Origin: Escherichia coli
GTDB lineage: Bacteria; Pseudomonadota; Gammaproteobacteria; Enterobacterales; Enterobacteriaceae
Length of the DNA: 64,000 nucleotides
NCBI RefSeq assembly: GCF_050920415.1
Contig: NZ_CP169309.1
Reading direction: 5' to 3' (one strand)
Shown: positions 43,300 through 55,197 of the stretch, piece by piece
How the letters are laid out: the number at the start of each line of letters is the position of its first letter
How positions within the stretch are numbered: position 1 is the stretch's first letter
The notes under the pieces: generated by a model
What the model was told of the DNA's origin: nothing
Seen by the model: the letters and a program-made list of their open reading frames with translations, nothing else
Databases searched by the model: none
Program-made: the position numbers and the translations under genes

Positions 43300-44291
43300 T
43301 GCCATTACTCGATATTCGTAACCTGACCATTGAATTTAAAACCGGTGATGAGTGGGTTAAAGCCGTCGACCGCGTAAGTATGACCTTAACCGAAGGTGAA
43401 ATCCGCGGTCTTGTTGGCGAATCCGGTTCCGGCAAAAGTTTGATTGCAAAAGCAATTTGTGGGGTGAATAAAGATAACTGGCGTGTTACTGCTGACCGTA
43501 TGCGTTTTGATGATATCGATTTGCTGCGTCTCTCCGCACGCGAACGGCGCAAGCTGGTTGGTCACAACGTGTCGATGATTTTCCAGGAACCGCAGTCGTG
43601 TCTTGACCCGTCAGAACGTGTGGGTCGCCAGTTGATGCAAAACATCCCAGCCTGGACCTATAAAGGCCGTTGGTGGCAGCGTTTTGGTTGGCGCAAACGT
43701 CGCGCTATTGAACTGTTGCACCGCGTGGGGATTAAAGATCACAAAGATGCGATGCGCAGTTTTCCCTATGAGTTGACAGAAGGTGAATGTCAGAAAGTGA
43801 TGATAGCCATTGCACTGGCGAATCAACCGCGTCTGCTGATTGCTGACGAACCGACCAACTCAATGGAGCCAACAACCCAGGCGCAAATTTTTCGCCTGTT
43901 GACGCGTCTCAACCAGAACAGCAATACCACTATTTTGCTTATCAGCCATGACTTACAAATGCTTAGCCAATGGGCGGATAAAATTAACGTGCTTTACTGC
44001 GGTCAAACGGTGGAAACCGCGCCAAGTAAGGAGTTGGTGACAATGCCACATCATCCTTATACCCAGGCGCTGATCCGCGCGATACCAGACTTCGGCAGCG
44101 CGATGCCGCATAAAAGTCGCCTCAATACGCTGCCCGGCGCTATCCCACTGCTGGAACAGTTACCGATTGGGTGTCGTCTGGGGCCGCGTTGCCCGTATGC
44201 ACAACGAGAATGCATTGTGACGCCACGTTTGACGGGGGCGAAAAATCATCTCTATGCCTGTCACTTCCCGCTGAACATGGAGAAAGAGTGA
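43299..44291 (+). CDS. sapD: ABC ATPase SapD
   Basis: 330 aa; Walker A GESGSGKS. Confidence 0.9.
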
Positions 44292-44292
44292 G

Positions 44293-45099
44293 ATGATCGA
44301 AACGCTGCTTGAAGTGCGTAATTTAAGTAAAACGTTCCGTTACCGGACCGGCTGGTTTCGTCGTCAGACCGTAGAAGCGGTAAAACCTTTGAGCTTTACG
44401 CTACGTGAAGGCCAGACACTGGCGATCATTGGCGAGAATGGTTCTGGTAAATCCACGCTGGCGAAAATGCTGGCGGGAATGATAGAACCGACCAGCGGCG
44501 AGTTATTGATTGACGATCATCCGCTGCATTTTGGCGATTATTCCTTCCGTAGTCAGCGTATTCGCATGATTTTTCAGGATCCTTCGACCTCGTTGAATCC
44601 CCGTCAACGTATCTCGCAGATTCTTGATTTTCCACTGCGCTTGAACACCGATCTGGAACCTGAACAGCGTCGGAAACAGATTATTGAAACGATGCGGATG
44701 GTTGGGCTGCTACCGGATCACGTCAGTTACTATCCGCATATGTTGGCACCCGGGCAAAAACAGCGTCTGGGGCTGGCGCGCGCGCTGATATTGCGCCCAA
44801 AAGTCATTATTGCCGATGAAGCCCTCGCCTCACTGGATATGTCGATGCGTTCGCAGTTGATTAATCTGATGCTGGAGTTACAGGAAAAACAGGGCATTTC
44901 GTATATTTATGTTACCCAGCATATTGGGATGATGAAGCACATTAGCGACCAGGTACTGGTGATGCATCAGGGCGAGGTTGTCGAGCGAGGTAGTACTGCG
45001 GATGTGCTCGCCTCTCCGCTGCACGACCTCACTAAACGACTGATTGCCGGTCATTTTGGCGAGGCATTGACGGCGGATGCGTGGCGTAAGGACCGTTAA
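44293..45099 (+). CDS. sapF: ABC ATPase SapF
   Basis: 268 aa; Walker A GENGSGKST. Confidence 0.9.
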   Translation: MIETLLEVRNLSKTFRYRTGWFRRQTVEAVKPLSFTLREGQTLAIIGENGSGKSTLAKMLAGMIEPTSGELLIDDHPLHFGDYSFRSQRIRMIFQDPSTSLNPRQRISQILDFPLRLNTDLEPEQRRKQIIETMRMVGLLPDHVSYYPHMLAPGQKQRLGLARALILRPKVIIADEALASLDMSMRSQLINLMLELQEKQGISYIYVTQHIGMMKHISDQVLVMHQGEVVERGSTADVLASPLHDLTKRLIAGHFGEALTADAWRKDR

Positions 45100-45169
45100 T
45101 TTTCTGAATCAAGCTTGCAGAATATTCACCTCATTCTGACAGGGAAATTCATCCTGTCAGAATGAAGGG

Positions 45170-45532
45170 ATGGATAAAATAAAAGCAAATGCCCGCGATT
45201 TAAGACGCAACCTCACCCCGCAGGAGCGAAAGTTCTGGCGATATCTTCGCAGCCGACGTTTTGCTGATTTCAAATTTCGCCGTCAACATCCGGTGGGGAA
45301 TTACATTCTCGATTTTGCCTGTTGCTCTGCACGTTTAGCGGTAGAGCTTGATGGTGGGCAACATGATTCAGCTATCGCGTATGATACCAGGCGCACGCGC
45401 TGGCTTGAGTCCCAGGGCTGGACCGTGCTGCGTTTCTGGAATAACGAGATCGATCATAATGAAGAGGCGGTTCTGGGGGAGATTCTGCAGGAACTGAGCC
45501 GCCGGTCACCCTCACCCCAACCCTCTCCCTGA
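45170..45532 (+). CDS. ycjD: DUF559-family (endonuclease-like) protein
   Basis: 120-aa ORF; MDKIKANARDLRRNLTPQERKFWRYLRSRRF...; the 3' end runs into a repeat region. Confidence 0.7.
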   Translation: MDKIKANARDLRRNLTPQERKFWRYLRSRRFADFKFRRQHPVGNYILDFACCSARLAVELDGGQHDSAIAYDTRRTRWLESQGWTVLRFWNNEIDHNEEAVLGEILQELSRRSPSPQPSP

Positions 45533-45737
45533 AAGGGCGAGGGGGCTGTATGTGCCTGTTTGTTGCTGCGCAGGCAAATGAACAAGCGGTGCCGGGGATC
45601 ATTCTGCAGGAACTGAGCCGCCTGTTACCCTCTCCCTGAAAGGGCATGGGGGCTGTATGTGCCTGTTTGTTGCTGGGGTGACAACGCGCACAATCGGTCC
45701 CCTCGCCCCTCTGGGGAGAGGGTTAGGGTGAGGGGAA
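45482..45737. repeat. Tandem partial duplication of the ycjD 3' end plus flanking inverted repeats
   Basis: attctgcaggaactgagccgcc occurs at 45482 and 45601; ccctctccctgaaagggc(g/at)ggggctgtatgtgcctgtttgttgctg at 45521 and 45628; ccctcaccccaaccctctccc (45508) is inverted at gggagagggttagggtgaggg (45714). Confidence 0.7.
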
Positions 45738-45888
45738 AAGCGCACACCCGTGCCCACATTCCTGCCAACTATAGCCACTCACACCCAGGTTGATTATAAT
45801 AACCGTTTATCTGTTCGTACTGTTTATTCAAACGACGAATCGCCTGATTTTCAGGCAACAACAAGCATCAACAATAAGGATTAAAGCT

Positions 45889-46677
45889 ATGGGTTTTCTT
45901 TCCGGTAAGCGCATTCTGGTAACCGGTGTTGCCAGCAAACTGTCCATCGCCTACGGTATCGCTCAGGCGATGCACCGCGAAGGAGCTGAACTGGCATTCA
46001 CCTACCAGAACGACAAACTGAAAGGCCGCGTAGAAGAATTTGCCGCTCAATTGGGTTCTGACATCGTTCTGCAGTGCGATGTTGCAGAAGATGCCAGCAT
46101 CGACACCATGTTCGCTGAACTGGGTAAAGTTTGGCCGAAATTTGACGGCTTTGTACATTCCATTGGTTTTGCACCGGGCGATCAGCTGGATGGTGACTAT
46201 GTTAACGCCGTTACTCGTGAAGGCTTCAAAATTGCCCACGACATCAGCTCCTACAGCTTCGTTGCAATGGCAAAAGCTTGCCGCTCCATGCTGAATCCGG
46301 GCTCTGCCCTGCTGACCCTTTCCTACCTTGGCGCTGAGCGCGCTATCCCGAACTACAACGTTATGGGTCTGGCAAAAGCGTCTCTGGAAGCGAACGTGCG
46401 CTATATGGCGAACGCGATGGGTCCGGAAGGTGTGCGTGTTAACGCCATCTCTGCTGGTCCGATCCGTACTCTGGCGGCTTCCGGTATCAAAGACTTCCGC
46501 AAAATGCTGGCTCATTGCGAAGCCGTTACCCCGATTCGCCGTACCGTTACTATTGAAGATGTGGGTAACTCTGCGGCATTCCTGTGCTCCGATCTCTCTG
46601 CCGGTATCTCCGGTGAAGTGGTCCACGTTGACGGCGGTTTCAGCATCGCTGCAATGAACGAACTCGAACTGAAATAA
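45889..46677 (+). CDS. fabI: Enoyl-ACP reductase (NADH)
   Basis: [40 protein letters not shown]...; 262 aa. Confidence 0.95.
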
Positions 46678-46694
46678 TCGTTCTGTTGGTCAAG

Positions 46695-46725
46695 ATGGGC
46701 GGCGTTCTGCCGCCCATTATCTCTG
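46695..46725 (+). terminator. Putative terminator after fabI
   Basis: atgggcggc gttct gccgcccat hairpin followed by a T-rich stretch. Confidence 0.45.
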
Positions 46726-46820
46726 TTATACCTTTCTGATATTTGTTATCGCCGATCCGTCTTTCTCCCCTTCCCGCCTTGCGTCAGGATAACGATTTCC
46801 TTCACGACCAAGGAGCGCCC

Positions 46821-47948
46821 ATGGAACAACGCCACATCACCGGCAAAAGCCACTGGTATCATGAAACGCAATCCAGTACTGCGGAGAATGACGTTCTGCC
46901 TCTGGTCCCGGAAGCCGCAAAGGTTCGCGATCCCTTTCTGCTCGACGTGATCCTTGATGAAGAAACGCTGGCCCCCTTCCTTTCATGGATGGTCCCGGCG
47001 CGCATTCTTGCAGCGGAGTTGTTCCCTGACCAGCTTACTGTGACCCGTTCACAGACCTTCACCGCTTATGAACGCTTGACGACGGCCCTGACGGTTGCTC
47101 AGGTTTGCGGCGTCCAGCGGTTATGTAACTACTATTCGGCGCGACTTACGCCGCTCCCCGGGCCTGATTCCTCCAGGGAAAGTAATCATCGGTTGGCACA
47201 AATCACGCAATATGCCCGCCAACTGGCCAGCTCGCCTTCTATTATCGACAACCGATCGCGCCAACATCTGAATGACGTCGGTCTTACTGCCTGGGACTGT
47301 GTGATAATCAACCAAATAATTGGTTTTATTGGCTTTCAGGCGCGGACAATTGCGACATTTCAGGCTTATCTCGGGCATTCGGTACGCTGGTTACCCGGTC
47401 TGGAGATACAAAACTACGCCGACGCGTCACTGTTTGCTGATGAATCAATACGCTGGCGAAGCAGCTATGAGGTGGAAAAACTACCTGAAGAGCACACAAA
47501 AAGTTCTAATGCAGAACTTTGCCAACTGACCGAAACACTCTCTCTCCACCCTATTTCACTTTCCCTTCTCGAAAAGTTGTTAAACAGCACACGGGTCAAT
47601 ACACAGCCGGATAATAAGCTTGCGGCGTTGTTATGCGCGCGTATTAATGGCAGTCCTGCCTGTTTTGCTGCCTGTATGAATTCATCAAATGAATATAAAA
47701 AAATCAGCCCCCTTCTGCGCAAGGGCGAAAATGAAATTAACCAATGGGCTGACCGTGATTCTGTTGAGCGCGCTACCGTTCAGGCGATACAATGGCTGAC
47801 CCGAGCACCCGATCGCTTTAGCGCCGCCCAGTTCAGCCCATTACTCGAACACGAAAAATCATCAACGCAGATTATTAATCTGCTGGTATGGAGCGGGCTG
47901 TGTGGCTGGATAAATCGCTTAAAAATCGCGTTGGGTGAGACATATTAA
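46821..47948 (+). CDS. yciW: Uncharacterised protein YciW
   Basis: [19 protein letters not shown]...; 375 aa from the internal ATG. Confidence 0.75.
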   Translation: MEQRHITGKSHWYHETQSSTAENDVLPLVPEAAKVRDPFLLDVILDEETLAPFLSWMVPARILAAELFPDQLTVTRSQTFTAYERLTTALTVAQVCGVQRLCNYYSARLTPLPGPDSSRESNHRLAQITQYARQLASSPSIIDNRSRQHLNDVGLTAWDCVIINQIIGFIGFQARTIATFQAYLGHSVRWLPGLEIQNYADASLFADESIRWRSSYEVEKLPEEHTKSSNAELCQLTETLSLHPISLSLLEKLLNSTRVNTQPDNKLAALLCARINGSPACFAACMNSSNEYKKISPLLRKGENEINQWADRDSVERATVQAIQWLTRAPDRFSAAQFSPLLEHEKSSTQIINLLVWSGLCGWINRLKIALGETY

Positions 47949-48015
47949 CCTTGCCGCGTCAGACAGATTCGCGTAAAACTGTCAGCCGCTCTAATGGCCA
48001 CCAAAATAGACAATT

Positions 48016-49950
48016 ATGTTTCAGGACAACCCGCTGCTAGCGCAGCTTAAACAGCAACTGCATTCCCAGACGCCACGCGCTGAAGGGGTGGTAAAAGCCA
48101 CAGAAAAAGGCTTTGGCTTCCTGGAAGTCGACGCGCAAAAAAGTTATTTCATTCCGCCGCCGCAGATGAAAAAAGTCATGCATGGCGACCGAATTATCGC
48201 GGTGATCCACAGTGAAAAAGAACGTGAATCCGCAGAGCCAGAAGAACTGGTTGAACCGTTTCTGACTCGTTTCGTGGGTAAAGTTCAGGGCAAAAATGAC
48301 CGTCTGGCCATCGTTCCTGATCATCCACTCTTAAAAGACGCCATTCCTTGCCGCGCAGCCCGTGGCCTGAACCACGAGTTTAAAGAAGGCGACTGGGCGG
48401 TTGCCGAAATGCGCCGTCATCCGCTGAAAGGCGATCGTTCTTTCTATGCTGAACTAACACAATACATCACTTTTGGTGACGACCACTTTGTACCGTGGTG
48501 GGTTACCCTGGCGCGCCATAACCTGGAAAAAGAAGCACCAGACGGCGTCGCTACCGAAATGCTCGATGAAGGTCTGGTTCGTGAAGATCTGACAGCGCTG
48601 GATTTTGTCACCATCGACAGTGCCAGCACTGAAGATATGGATGACGCCCTTTTCGCTAAGGCGTTGCCGGATGACAAACTTCAGCTGATTGTGGCGATTG
48701 CCGATCCAACCGCGTGGATTGCTGAAGGCAGCAAGCTGGACAAAGCCGCGAAAATTCGCGCATTCACCAACTATCTGCCTGGCTTCAACATCCCTATGCT
48801 GCCTCGCGAGCTTTCTGACGATCTCTGCTCACTGCGCGCCAATGAAGTCCGCCCGGTACTGGCATGCCGCATGACGCTCTCCGCTGATGGCACCATTGAA
48901 GATAATATCGAATTCTTTGCCGCCACCATCGAATCCAAAGCGAAGCTGGTGTATGACCAGGTCTCTGACTGGCTGGAAAATACCGGTGACTGGCAGCCTG
49001 AAAGTGAAGCAATTGCCGAACAAGTCCGTTTGTTAGCGCAAATTTGCCAACGCCGTGGCGAGTGGCGTAATAACCACGCACTGGTATTTAAAGATCGCCC
49101 GGATTACCGCTTTATTCTCGGTGAAAAAGGTGAAGTGCTGGATATCGTCGCCGAGCCTCGTCGCATTGCCAATCGTATCGTCGAAGAAGCGATGATTGCC
49201 GCTAACATTTGTGCGGCCCGCGTACTGCGCGATAAGCTCGGTTTTGGCATCTATAACGTGCATATGGGCTTTGATCCGGCGAATGCCGACGCGCTGGCGG
49301 CGTTGCTGAAAACCCATGGTCTGCATGTCGATGCCGAAGAAGTGCTCACGCTGGACGGTTTCTGCAAACTGCGTCGTGAACTGGATGCGCAACCAACTGG
49401 TTTCCTCGACAGCCGCATTCGTCGCTTCCAGTCATTTGCTGAAATTAGCACTGAACCCGGTCCTCACTTTGGCCTCGGTCTGGAAGCATACGCCACCTGG
49501 ACTTCGCCAATCCGTAAATATGGCGACATGATCAACCACCGTCTGCTGAAAGCGGTTATCAAAGGCGAAACTGCGACGCGTCCGCAGGATGAAATCACTG
49601 TCCAAATGGCCGAGCGTCGCCGTCTCAACCGAATGGCAGAACGTGATGTTGGCGACTGGTTATACGCACGCTTCCTGAAAGACAAAGCCGGGACCGACAC
49701 CCGTTTCGCGGCGGAAATTGTCGATATCAGCCGTGGCGGCATGCGTGTGCGTTTGGTTGATAACGGCGCTATCGCCTTTATTCCAGCACCTTTCTTACAC
49801 GCTGTGCGCGATGAACTGGTTTGCAGCCAGGAAAACGGCACTGTACAAATTAAAGGTGAAACGGCTTACAAAGTGACCGACGTTATTGACGTCACCATTG
49901 CCGAAGTCCGCATGGAAACCCGCAGCATTATTGCACGCCCGGTCGCGTAA
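48016..49950 (+). CDS. rnb: Exoribonuclease II
   Basis: 644 aa; [39 protein letters not shown]... Confidence 0.92.
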   Translation: MFQDNPLLAQLKQQLHSQTPRAEGVVKATEKGFGFLEVDAQKSYFIPPPQMKKVMHGDRIIAVIHSEKERESAEPEELVEPFLTRFVGKVQGKNDRLAIVPDHPLLKDAIPCRAARGLNHEFKEGDWAVAEMRRHPLKGDRSFYAELTQYITFGDDHFVPWWVTLARHNLEKEAPDGVATEMLDEGLVREDLTALDFVTIDSASTEDMDDALFAKALPDDKLQLIVAIADPTAWIAEGSKLDKAAKIRAFTNYLPGFNIPMLPRELSDDLCSLRANEVRPVLACRMTLSADGTIEDNIEFFAATIESKAKLVYDQVSDWLENTGDWQPESEAIAEQVRLLAQICQRRGEWRNNHALVFKDRPDYRFILGEKGEVLDIVAEPRRIANRIVEEAMIAANICAARVLRDKLGFGIYNVHMGFDPANADALAALLKTHGLHVDAEEVLTLDGFCKLRRELDAQPTGFLDSRIRRFQSFAEISTEPGPHFGLGLEAYATWTSPIRKYGDMINHRLLKAVIKGETATRPQDEITVQMAERRRLNRMAERDVGDWLYARFLKDKAGTDTRFAAEIVDISRGGMRVRLVDNGAIAFIPAPFLHAVRDELVCSQENGTVQIKGETAYKVTDVIDVTIAEVRMETRSIIARPVA

Positions 49951-49959
49951 TCTCCTTTC

Positions 49960-49993
49960 ACGGCCCATTCCTCATGAATGGGCCGTTTATTTC
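49960..49993 (+). terminator. Rho-independent terminator after rnb
   Basis: acggcccattc ctcat gaatgggccgt hairpin followed by ttatttcc. Confidence 0.6.
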
Positions 49994-50184
49994 CCCGCTC
50001 CACCTTCGCCATATCCCGGCAGATTTTTAACTGACTTTCGTTTGAAAACTGGCGTTTTTCCAAAACTGGATTACAAATAAATAGATAAAAAAAACAATGC
50101 GTTTAGCCGCCGTTAATTTCATGTAAGTCATGTTGTTCCTTTTATTTAACCGCGAACTCCGCTGTTAACCGGAGGATATGCATC

Positions 50185-52170
50185 ATGAAAACCGTTAGGG
50201 AGTCCACAACGTTGTACAACTTTCTCGGATCGCACAATCCATACTGGCGGTTGACGGAAAGCAGCGATGTTTTGCGCTTTTCTACCACCGAAACCACAGA
50301 ACCTGAACGTACGTTGCAGTTATCTGCCGAACAGGCTGCTCGCATCAGGGAAATGACGGTCATCACTTCCAGCCTGATGATGAGTCTGACCGTCGATGAA
50401 AGCGATCTTTCTGTGCATCTGGTAGGACGAAAAATCAATAAACGGGAATGGGCTGGCAACGCGTCGGCATGGCATGACACACCGGCGGTTGCTCGTGATT
50501 TATCACACGGGCTTTCCTTTGCTGAGCAGGTAGTTTCTGAAGCACATTCCGCAATAGTGATTCTCGACAGTCGGGGGAATATCCAACGCTTCAATCGGTT
50601 ATGTGAAGATTACACAGGGTTGAAAGAACACGACGTCATTGGGCAAAGCGTGTTTAAACTGTTTATGAGCCGTCGTGAAGCTGCGGCATCCAGGCGCAAT
50701 AACCGTGTATTTTTTCGAAGCGGCAATGCATATGAAGTCGAACTGTGGATACCAACACGTAAAGGCCAGCGGCTGTTTCTGTTTCGCAATAAATTTGTCC
50801 ACAGCGGCAGTGGCAAGAACGAGATTTTTTTAATCTGTTCCGGCACCGACATTACCGAAGAGCGCCGCGCTCAGGAGCGACTGCGTATTCTGGCAAATAC
50901 CGACAGTATCACCGGACTGCCGAATCGTAACGCAATGCAGGAGTTAATCGATCACGCCATTAATCAGGCAGATAACAATAAAGTTGGGGTTGTGTATCTT
51001 GATTTGGATAATTTTAAAAAGGTCAACGACGCTTATGGGCATTTGTTTGGTGACCAGCTATTACGCGAAGTGTCATTGGCCATTTTAAGCTGTCTCGAAC
51101 ATGATCAGGTGTTGGCGCGTCCAGGTGGCGATGAGTTTCTGGTACTGGCATCCAATACCTCACAAAGCGCGCTGGAAGCAATGGCATCACGAATTTTGAC
51201 CCGCTTACGACTCCCCTTCCGCATTGGTTTAATTGAAGTTTATACCAGCTGTTCAGTGGGTATTTCACTCTCTCCCGAACATGGTTCGGACAGCGCGGCT
51301 ATTATTCGTCACGCCGACACAGCAATGTACACAGCGAAGGAAGGCGGACGAGGACAATTTTGCGTTTTTACCCCAGAAATGAATCAGCGGGTATTTGAAT
51401 ATCTCTGGCTGGATACCAACTTGCGTAAAGCACTGGAAAACGATCAGTTGGTTATTCACTATCAACCGAAAATCACTTGGCGTGGCGAAGTACGCAGTCT
51501 GGAAGCTTTAGTACGTTGGCAGTCACCTGAACGTGGGTTGATTCCACCGTTGGACTTTATTTCCTACGCCGAAGAGTCAGGGCTAATTGTGCCTTTAGGC
51601 CGTTGGGTGATTCTCGATGTCGTACGCCAGGTGGCGAAGTGGCGGGATAAAGGCATTAACCTGCGAGTGGCGGTAAACATTTCTGCACGTCAGCTCGCCG
51701 ATCAAACCATTTTCACCGCCCTGAAACAGGTTCTCCAGGAACTCAATTTTGAATACTGCCCTATTGATGTTGAACTGACGGAGAGCTGCCTGATTGAGAA
51801 TGATGAACTGGCACTGTCTGTTATTCAACAATTTAGCCAACTAGGTGCGCAAGTGCATCTGGACGATTTTGGTACCGGCTACTCTTCACTTTCGCAACTG
51901 GCGCGCTTTCCGATCGATGCGATTAAACTTGACCAGGTTTTTGTTCGAGATATTCACAAACAACCTGTATCGCAGTCGCTGGTCCGGGCGATCGTCGCTG
52001 TGGCCCAGGCATTGAATCTTCAGGTGATCGCTGAAGGAGTGGAGAGTAAAAAGGAAGATGCTTTTTTAACCAAGAACGGGATCAATGAGCGGCAAGGATT
52101 TTTGTTTGCCAAACCGATGCCCGCCGTCGCCTTCGAACGCTGGTATAAACGCTATCTGAAGCGCTCATAA
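50185..52170 (+). CDS. pdeR: Cyclic-di-GMP phosphodiesterase (PAS-GGDEF-EAL)
   Basis: 661 aa; degenerate GGDEF region and EAL-domain sequence (EALVRWQ). Confidence 0.88.
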   Translation: MKTVRESTTLYNFLGSHNPYWRLTESSDVLRFSTTETTEPERTLQLSAEQAARIREMTVITSSLMMSLTVDESDLSVHLVGRKINKREWAGNASAWHDTPAVARDLSHGLSFAEQVVSEAHSAIVILDSRGNIQRFNRLCEDYTGLKEHDVIGQSVFKLFMSRREAAASRRNNRVFFRSGNAYEVELWIPTRKGQRLFLFRNKFVHSGSGKNEIFLICSGTDITEERRAQERLRILANTDSITGLPNRNAMQELIDHAINQADNNKVGVVYLDLDNFKKVNDAYGHLFGDQLLREVSLAILSCLEHDQVLARPGGDEFLVLASNTSQSALEAMASRILTRLRLPFRIGLIEVYTSCSVGISLSPEHGSDSAAIIRHADTAMYTAKEGGRGQFCVFTPEMNQRVFEYLWLDTNLRKALENDQLVIHYQPKITWRGEVRSLEALVRWQSPERGLIPPLDFISYAEESGLIVPLGRWVILDVVRQVAKWRDKGINLRVAVNISARQLADQTIFTALKQVLQELNFEYCPIDVELTESCLIENDELALSVIQQFSQLGAQVHLDDFGTGYSSLSQLARFPIDAIKLDQVFVRDIHKQPVSQSLVRAIVAVAQALNLQVIAEGVESKKEDAFLTKNGINERQGFLFAKPMPAVAFERWYKRYLKRS

Positions 52171-52317
52171 GTAGATGAATATATATACTTAGCGATGTAT
52201 TCCGTCATTATATATCGTATTCCCGGATGATAATTAGCCGTTGCCGTTAAACACTTCTCTTTTAGCGGCAATTTTTGCATTATTCACTTTCCCCCTTTTG
52301 CTATAAGGATGTCCTTG

Positions 52318-52491
52318 ATGTCTGAATTTGATGCCCAGCGCGTTGCCGAACGTATTGATATTGTGTTAGATATCCTTGTGGCAGGCGATTACCACTCTGC
52401 GATCCATAATCTCGAGATACTTAAAGCAGAACTCTTGCGCCAGGTTGCTGAATCTACGCCAGACATCCCGAAGGCACCGTGGGAGATTTAA
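52318..52491 (+). CDS. yciZ: Small protein YciZ
   Basis: [43 protein letters not shown]...; 57 aa; AAGGA 9 nt upstream. Confidence 0.7.
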
Positions 52492-52580
52492 CAATCGTGC
52501 CTTCAGGTTTTCCTATTTGAGGATGCCCGGCGCGTCAGTATTTTTTTATTAAGTATTATAACGTTATAAGAATTACAGCG

Positions 52581-53330
52581 ATGAATTCCCGACAACAAAC
52601 TATTCTACAGATGGTCATTGACCAGGGTCAGGTTAGCGTAACCGATCTGGCAAAAGCCACTGGAGTTTCTGAAGTTACCATTCGCCAGGATCTCAACACC
52701 CTCGAAAAACTGAGTTACCTCCGCCGTGCACATGGCTTTGCAGTTTCGCTTGATAGTGATGACGTCGAAACCCGTATGATGAGCAACTATACACTGAAGC
52801 GTGAACTCGCCGAGTTTGCCGCGTCACTGGTTCAACCGGGCGAAACTATCTTTATCGAAAATGGCAGCAGCAATGCCCTACTCGCCCGGACTCTGGGCGA
52901 GCAGAAGAAAAACGTCACTATCATCACGGTCAGCAGCTATATTGCACATTTGCTGAAAGACGCGCCTTGTGAAGTCATTTTACTCGGTGGCGTGTACCAG
53001 AAAAAAAGCGAAAGTATGGTTGGCCCTTTGACACGTCATTGCATCCAACAGGTGCATTTCAGCAAGGCATTTATTGGTATTGATGGCTGGCAGCCTGAAA
53101 CTGGGTTTACCGGTCGCGATATGATGCGTACCGATGTGGTCAATGCCGTGCTGGAAAAAGAGTGCGAAGCGATAGTCCTGACTGACAGTTCGAAATTTGG
53201 TGCTGTACATTCATACTCCATCGGCCCCGTTGAGCGATTCAATCGCGTGATTACCGATTCGAAAATACGCGCCAGCGATCTGATGCATCTTGAGCACAGT
53301 AAACTCACCGTTCACGTCGTTGACATTTAA
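52581..53330 (+). CDS. yciT: DeoR-family transcriptional regulator
   Basis: 249 aa; helix-turn-helix [21 protein letters not shown]. Confidence 0.85.
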   Translation: MNSRQQTILQMVIDQGQVSVTDLAKATGVSEVTIRQDLNTLEKLSYLRRAHGFAVSLDSDDVETRMMSNYTLKRELAEFAASLVQPGETIFIENGSSNALLARTLGEQKKNVTIITVSSYIAHLLKDAPCEVILLGGVYQKKSESMVGPLTRHCIQQVHFSKAFIGIDGWQPETGFTGRDMMRTDVVNAVLEKECEAIVLTDSSKFGAVHSYSIGPVERFNRVITDSKIRASDLMHLEHSKLTVHVVDI

Positions 53331-53598
53331 CCATTTCCCTTCTCTACGGATGATTTGCTGTTTTGCAAATCATCCGCTCTAAGATGATTCCTGGTTGATA
53401 ATTAAGACTATTTACCTGTTATTAACACTCTCAAGATATAAAATTATTATCAGCGATATAACAGGAAGTCATTATCACCTGCGTGATATAACCCTGCGCG
53501 CGAGCGGATTTCACGGAATAATTTCACCAGGCTTATTCTTAGCTATTATAGTTATAGAGAGCTTACTTCCGTGAATCATAAATTCAGGAGAGAGTATT

Positions 53599-53817
53599 AT
53601 GTTTGTAACGAGCAAAAAAATGACCGCGGCTGTTCTGGCAATTACCCTGGCAATGTCTCTGAGTGCCTGTTCTAACTGGTCTAAACGAGACCGTAACACC
53701 GCAATTGGCGCGGGCGCAGGTGCATTAGGCGGTGCAGTACTGACCGATGGCAGTACGCTGGGTACATTAGGTGGTGCAGCCGTCGGTGGTGTTATTGGTC
53801 ACCAGGTCGGTAAATAA
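53599..53817 (+). CDS. osmB: Osmotically inducible lipoprotein OsmB
   Basis: 72 aa; lipobox LSAC; Gly-rich GAGAGALGGAV. Confidence 0.92.
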   Translation: MFVTSKKMTAAVLAITLAMSLSACSNWSKRDRNTAIGAGAGALGGAVLTDGSTLGTLGGAAVGGVIGHQVGK

Positions 53818-53911
53818 TCGTAAATAAATGTCGATTATCGACTCGCAATTATAATACGCTTGATTCTGTTCAGTACGAAATAACTGAATAATACACACAG
53901 TAAAATATTCT

Positions 53912-53940
53912 AAAGCCACGGATATATCCGTGGCTTTTTA
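53912..53940. terminator. Bidirectional rho-independent terminator (osmB / yciH)
   Basis: aaagccacgga tata tccgtggcttttt. Confidence 0.65.
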
Positions 53941-53942
53941 TG

Positions 53943-54272
53943 TTAACCGCCGGCGAGTTTTACCTTCATCCCTTTCGCTTCAAGCAGTGATTTTAATAAA
54001 TCGCGCTTATCACCCTGGATTTCAATAATTCCATCTTTAACTGCCCCGCCGCAGCCGCATTTTTTCTTCAGTTCCGCTGCCAGTTTTGTCAGTTCGGCAT
54101 CATCGAGATCGACACCGGTAATCAAGCAAACGCCCTTACCTTTACGTCCACTGGTCTGACGCTGAATACGCACCACACCGTCGCCTTTAGGGCGTACAGG
54201 GGCCGCTTTTGGCTCATCAATACGTCCGGTTTCCGTTGAGTAGACCAGACGGCTGTTGGAATCACTCATCAT
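53943..54272 (-). CDS. yciH: SUI1/eIF1-family translation factor YciH
   Basis: 109-aa ORF; ...[22 protein letters not shown]... Confidence 0.85.
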   Translation of the reverse strand: MMSDSNSRLVYSTETGRIDEPKAAPVRPKGDGVVRIQRQTSGRKGKGVCLITGVDLDDAELTKLAAELKKKCGCGGAVKDGIIEIQGDKRDLLKSLLEAKGMKVKLAGG

Positions 54273-55006
54273 GCACTCCGCTGTAAAGAGGCGTTGATCG
54301 CTTTCAGCGTTTGCGCTGGATCTACCGATTGCGTTACCGGGCGACCAATCACCATATAATCAACACCAGCCGCCAACGCCTGTTCTGGCGTCATAATGCG
54401 GCGCTGGTCACCAGCTTCACTCCCCTGCGGACGAATGCCCGGCGTAACCAGTTTGAACTCCTGACCGAATACCTGTTTAAAGCGCACAGCTTCCTGAGCA
54501 GAACACACCACACCATCAAGGCCACATTTTTGCGTCAGTGCCGCCAGACGTTCTGCATAATCTGCAGGTGACAGCGTCACGCCAAGATCGGCCAGGTCGC
54601 TGGCTTCCATGCTGGTCAACACCGTCACAGCAATCAAAAGCGGTGCATCTTTGCCAAACGGGACGAGTGCCTCACGCGCTGCGGTCATCATACGCGCCCC
54701 ACCGGAGGCGTGAACATTCACCATCCACACGCCTAAGTCAGCTGCAGCAGCGACAGCGTGCGCTGCAGTGTTGGGAATATCGTGAAATTTCAGGTCGAGG
54801 AAGATATCAAAACCACGCTGTTGAAGTTCGCGTACAAATTGAGGTCCAAACAGCGTAAACATCTCTTTGCCGACTTTCAGACGACAATCGCGTGGGTCGA
54901 TCTTGTCGACAAAGGCCAGCGCGGCATCACGATTATGATAATCAAGGGCAACAACCACAGGAGAATTCGTAACAGCGCGGGAAGAAGATGAAGCAGTTAA
55001 CGTCAT
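54269..55006 (-). CDS. pyrF: Orotidine-5'-phosphate decarboxylase
   Basis: [23 protein letters not shown]...; 245 aa; 4-nt overlap with yciH. Confidence 0.9.
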   Translation of the reverse strand: MTLTASSSSRAVTNSPVVVALDYHNRDAALAFVDKIDPRDCRLKVGKEMFTLFGPQFVRELQQRGFDIFLDLKFHDIPNTAAHAVAAAADLGVWMVNVHASGGARMMTAAREALVPFGKDAPLLIAVTVLTSMEASDLADLGVTLSPADYAERLAALTQKCGLDGVVCSAQEAVRFKQVFGQEFKLVTPGIRPQGSEAGDQRRIMTPEQALAAGVDYMVIGRPVTQSVDPAQTLKAINASLQRSA

Positions 55007-55197
55007 GACCAGACCTTCTTGATGATGGGCACCGGAAGTGGCGCGAAACAGGTAAACGGCGAGCATTCTACCCGTGGAAATAAAAAATTAACAGTTGCGA
55101 TTTCTCCCCTGGCAGGCTTTTCTGCGCCCGAGTTACCGGAGCACAATGGAACATTAATAATAAGTATGTTGTAACTAAAGTCGGATTTTTTTAAAAA

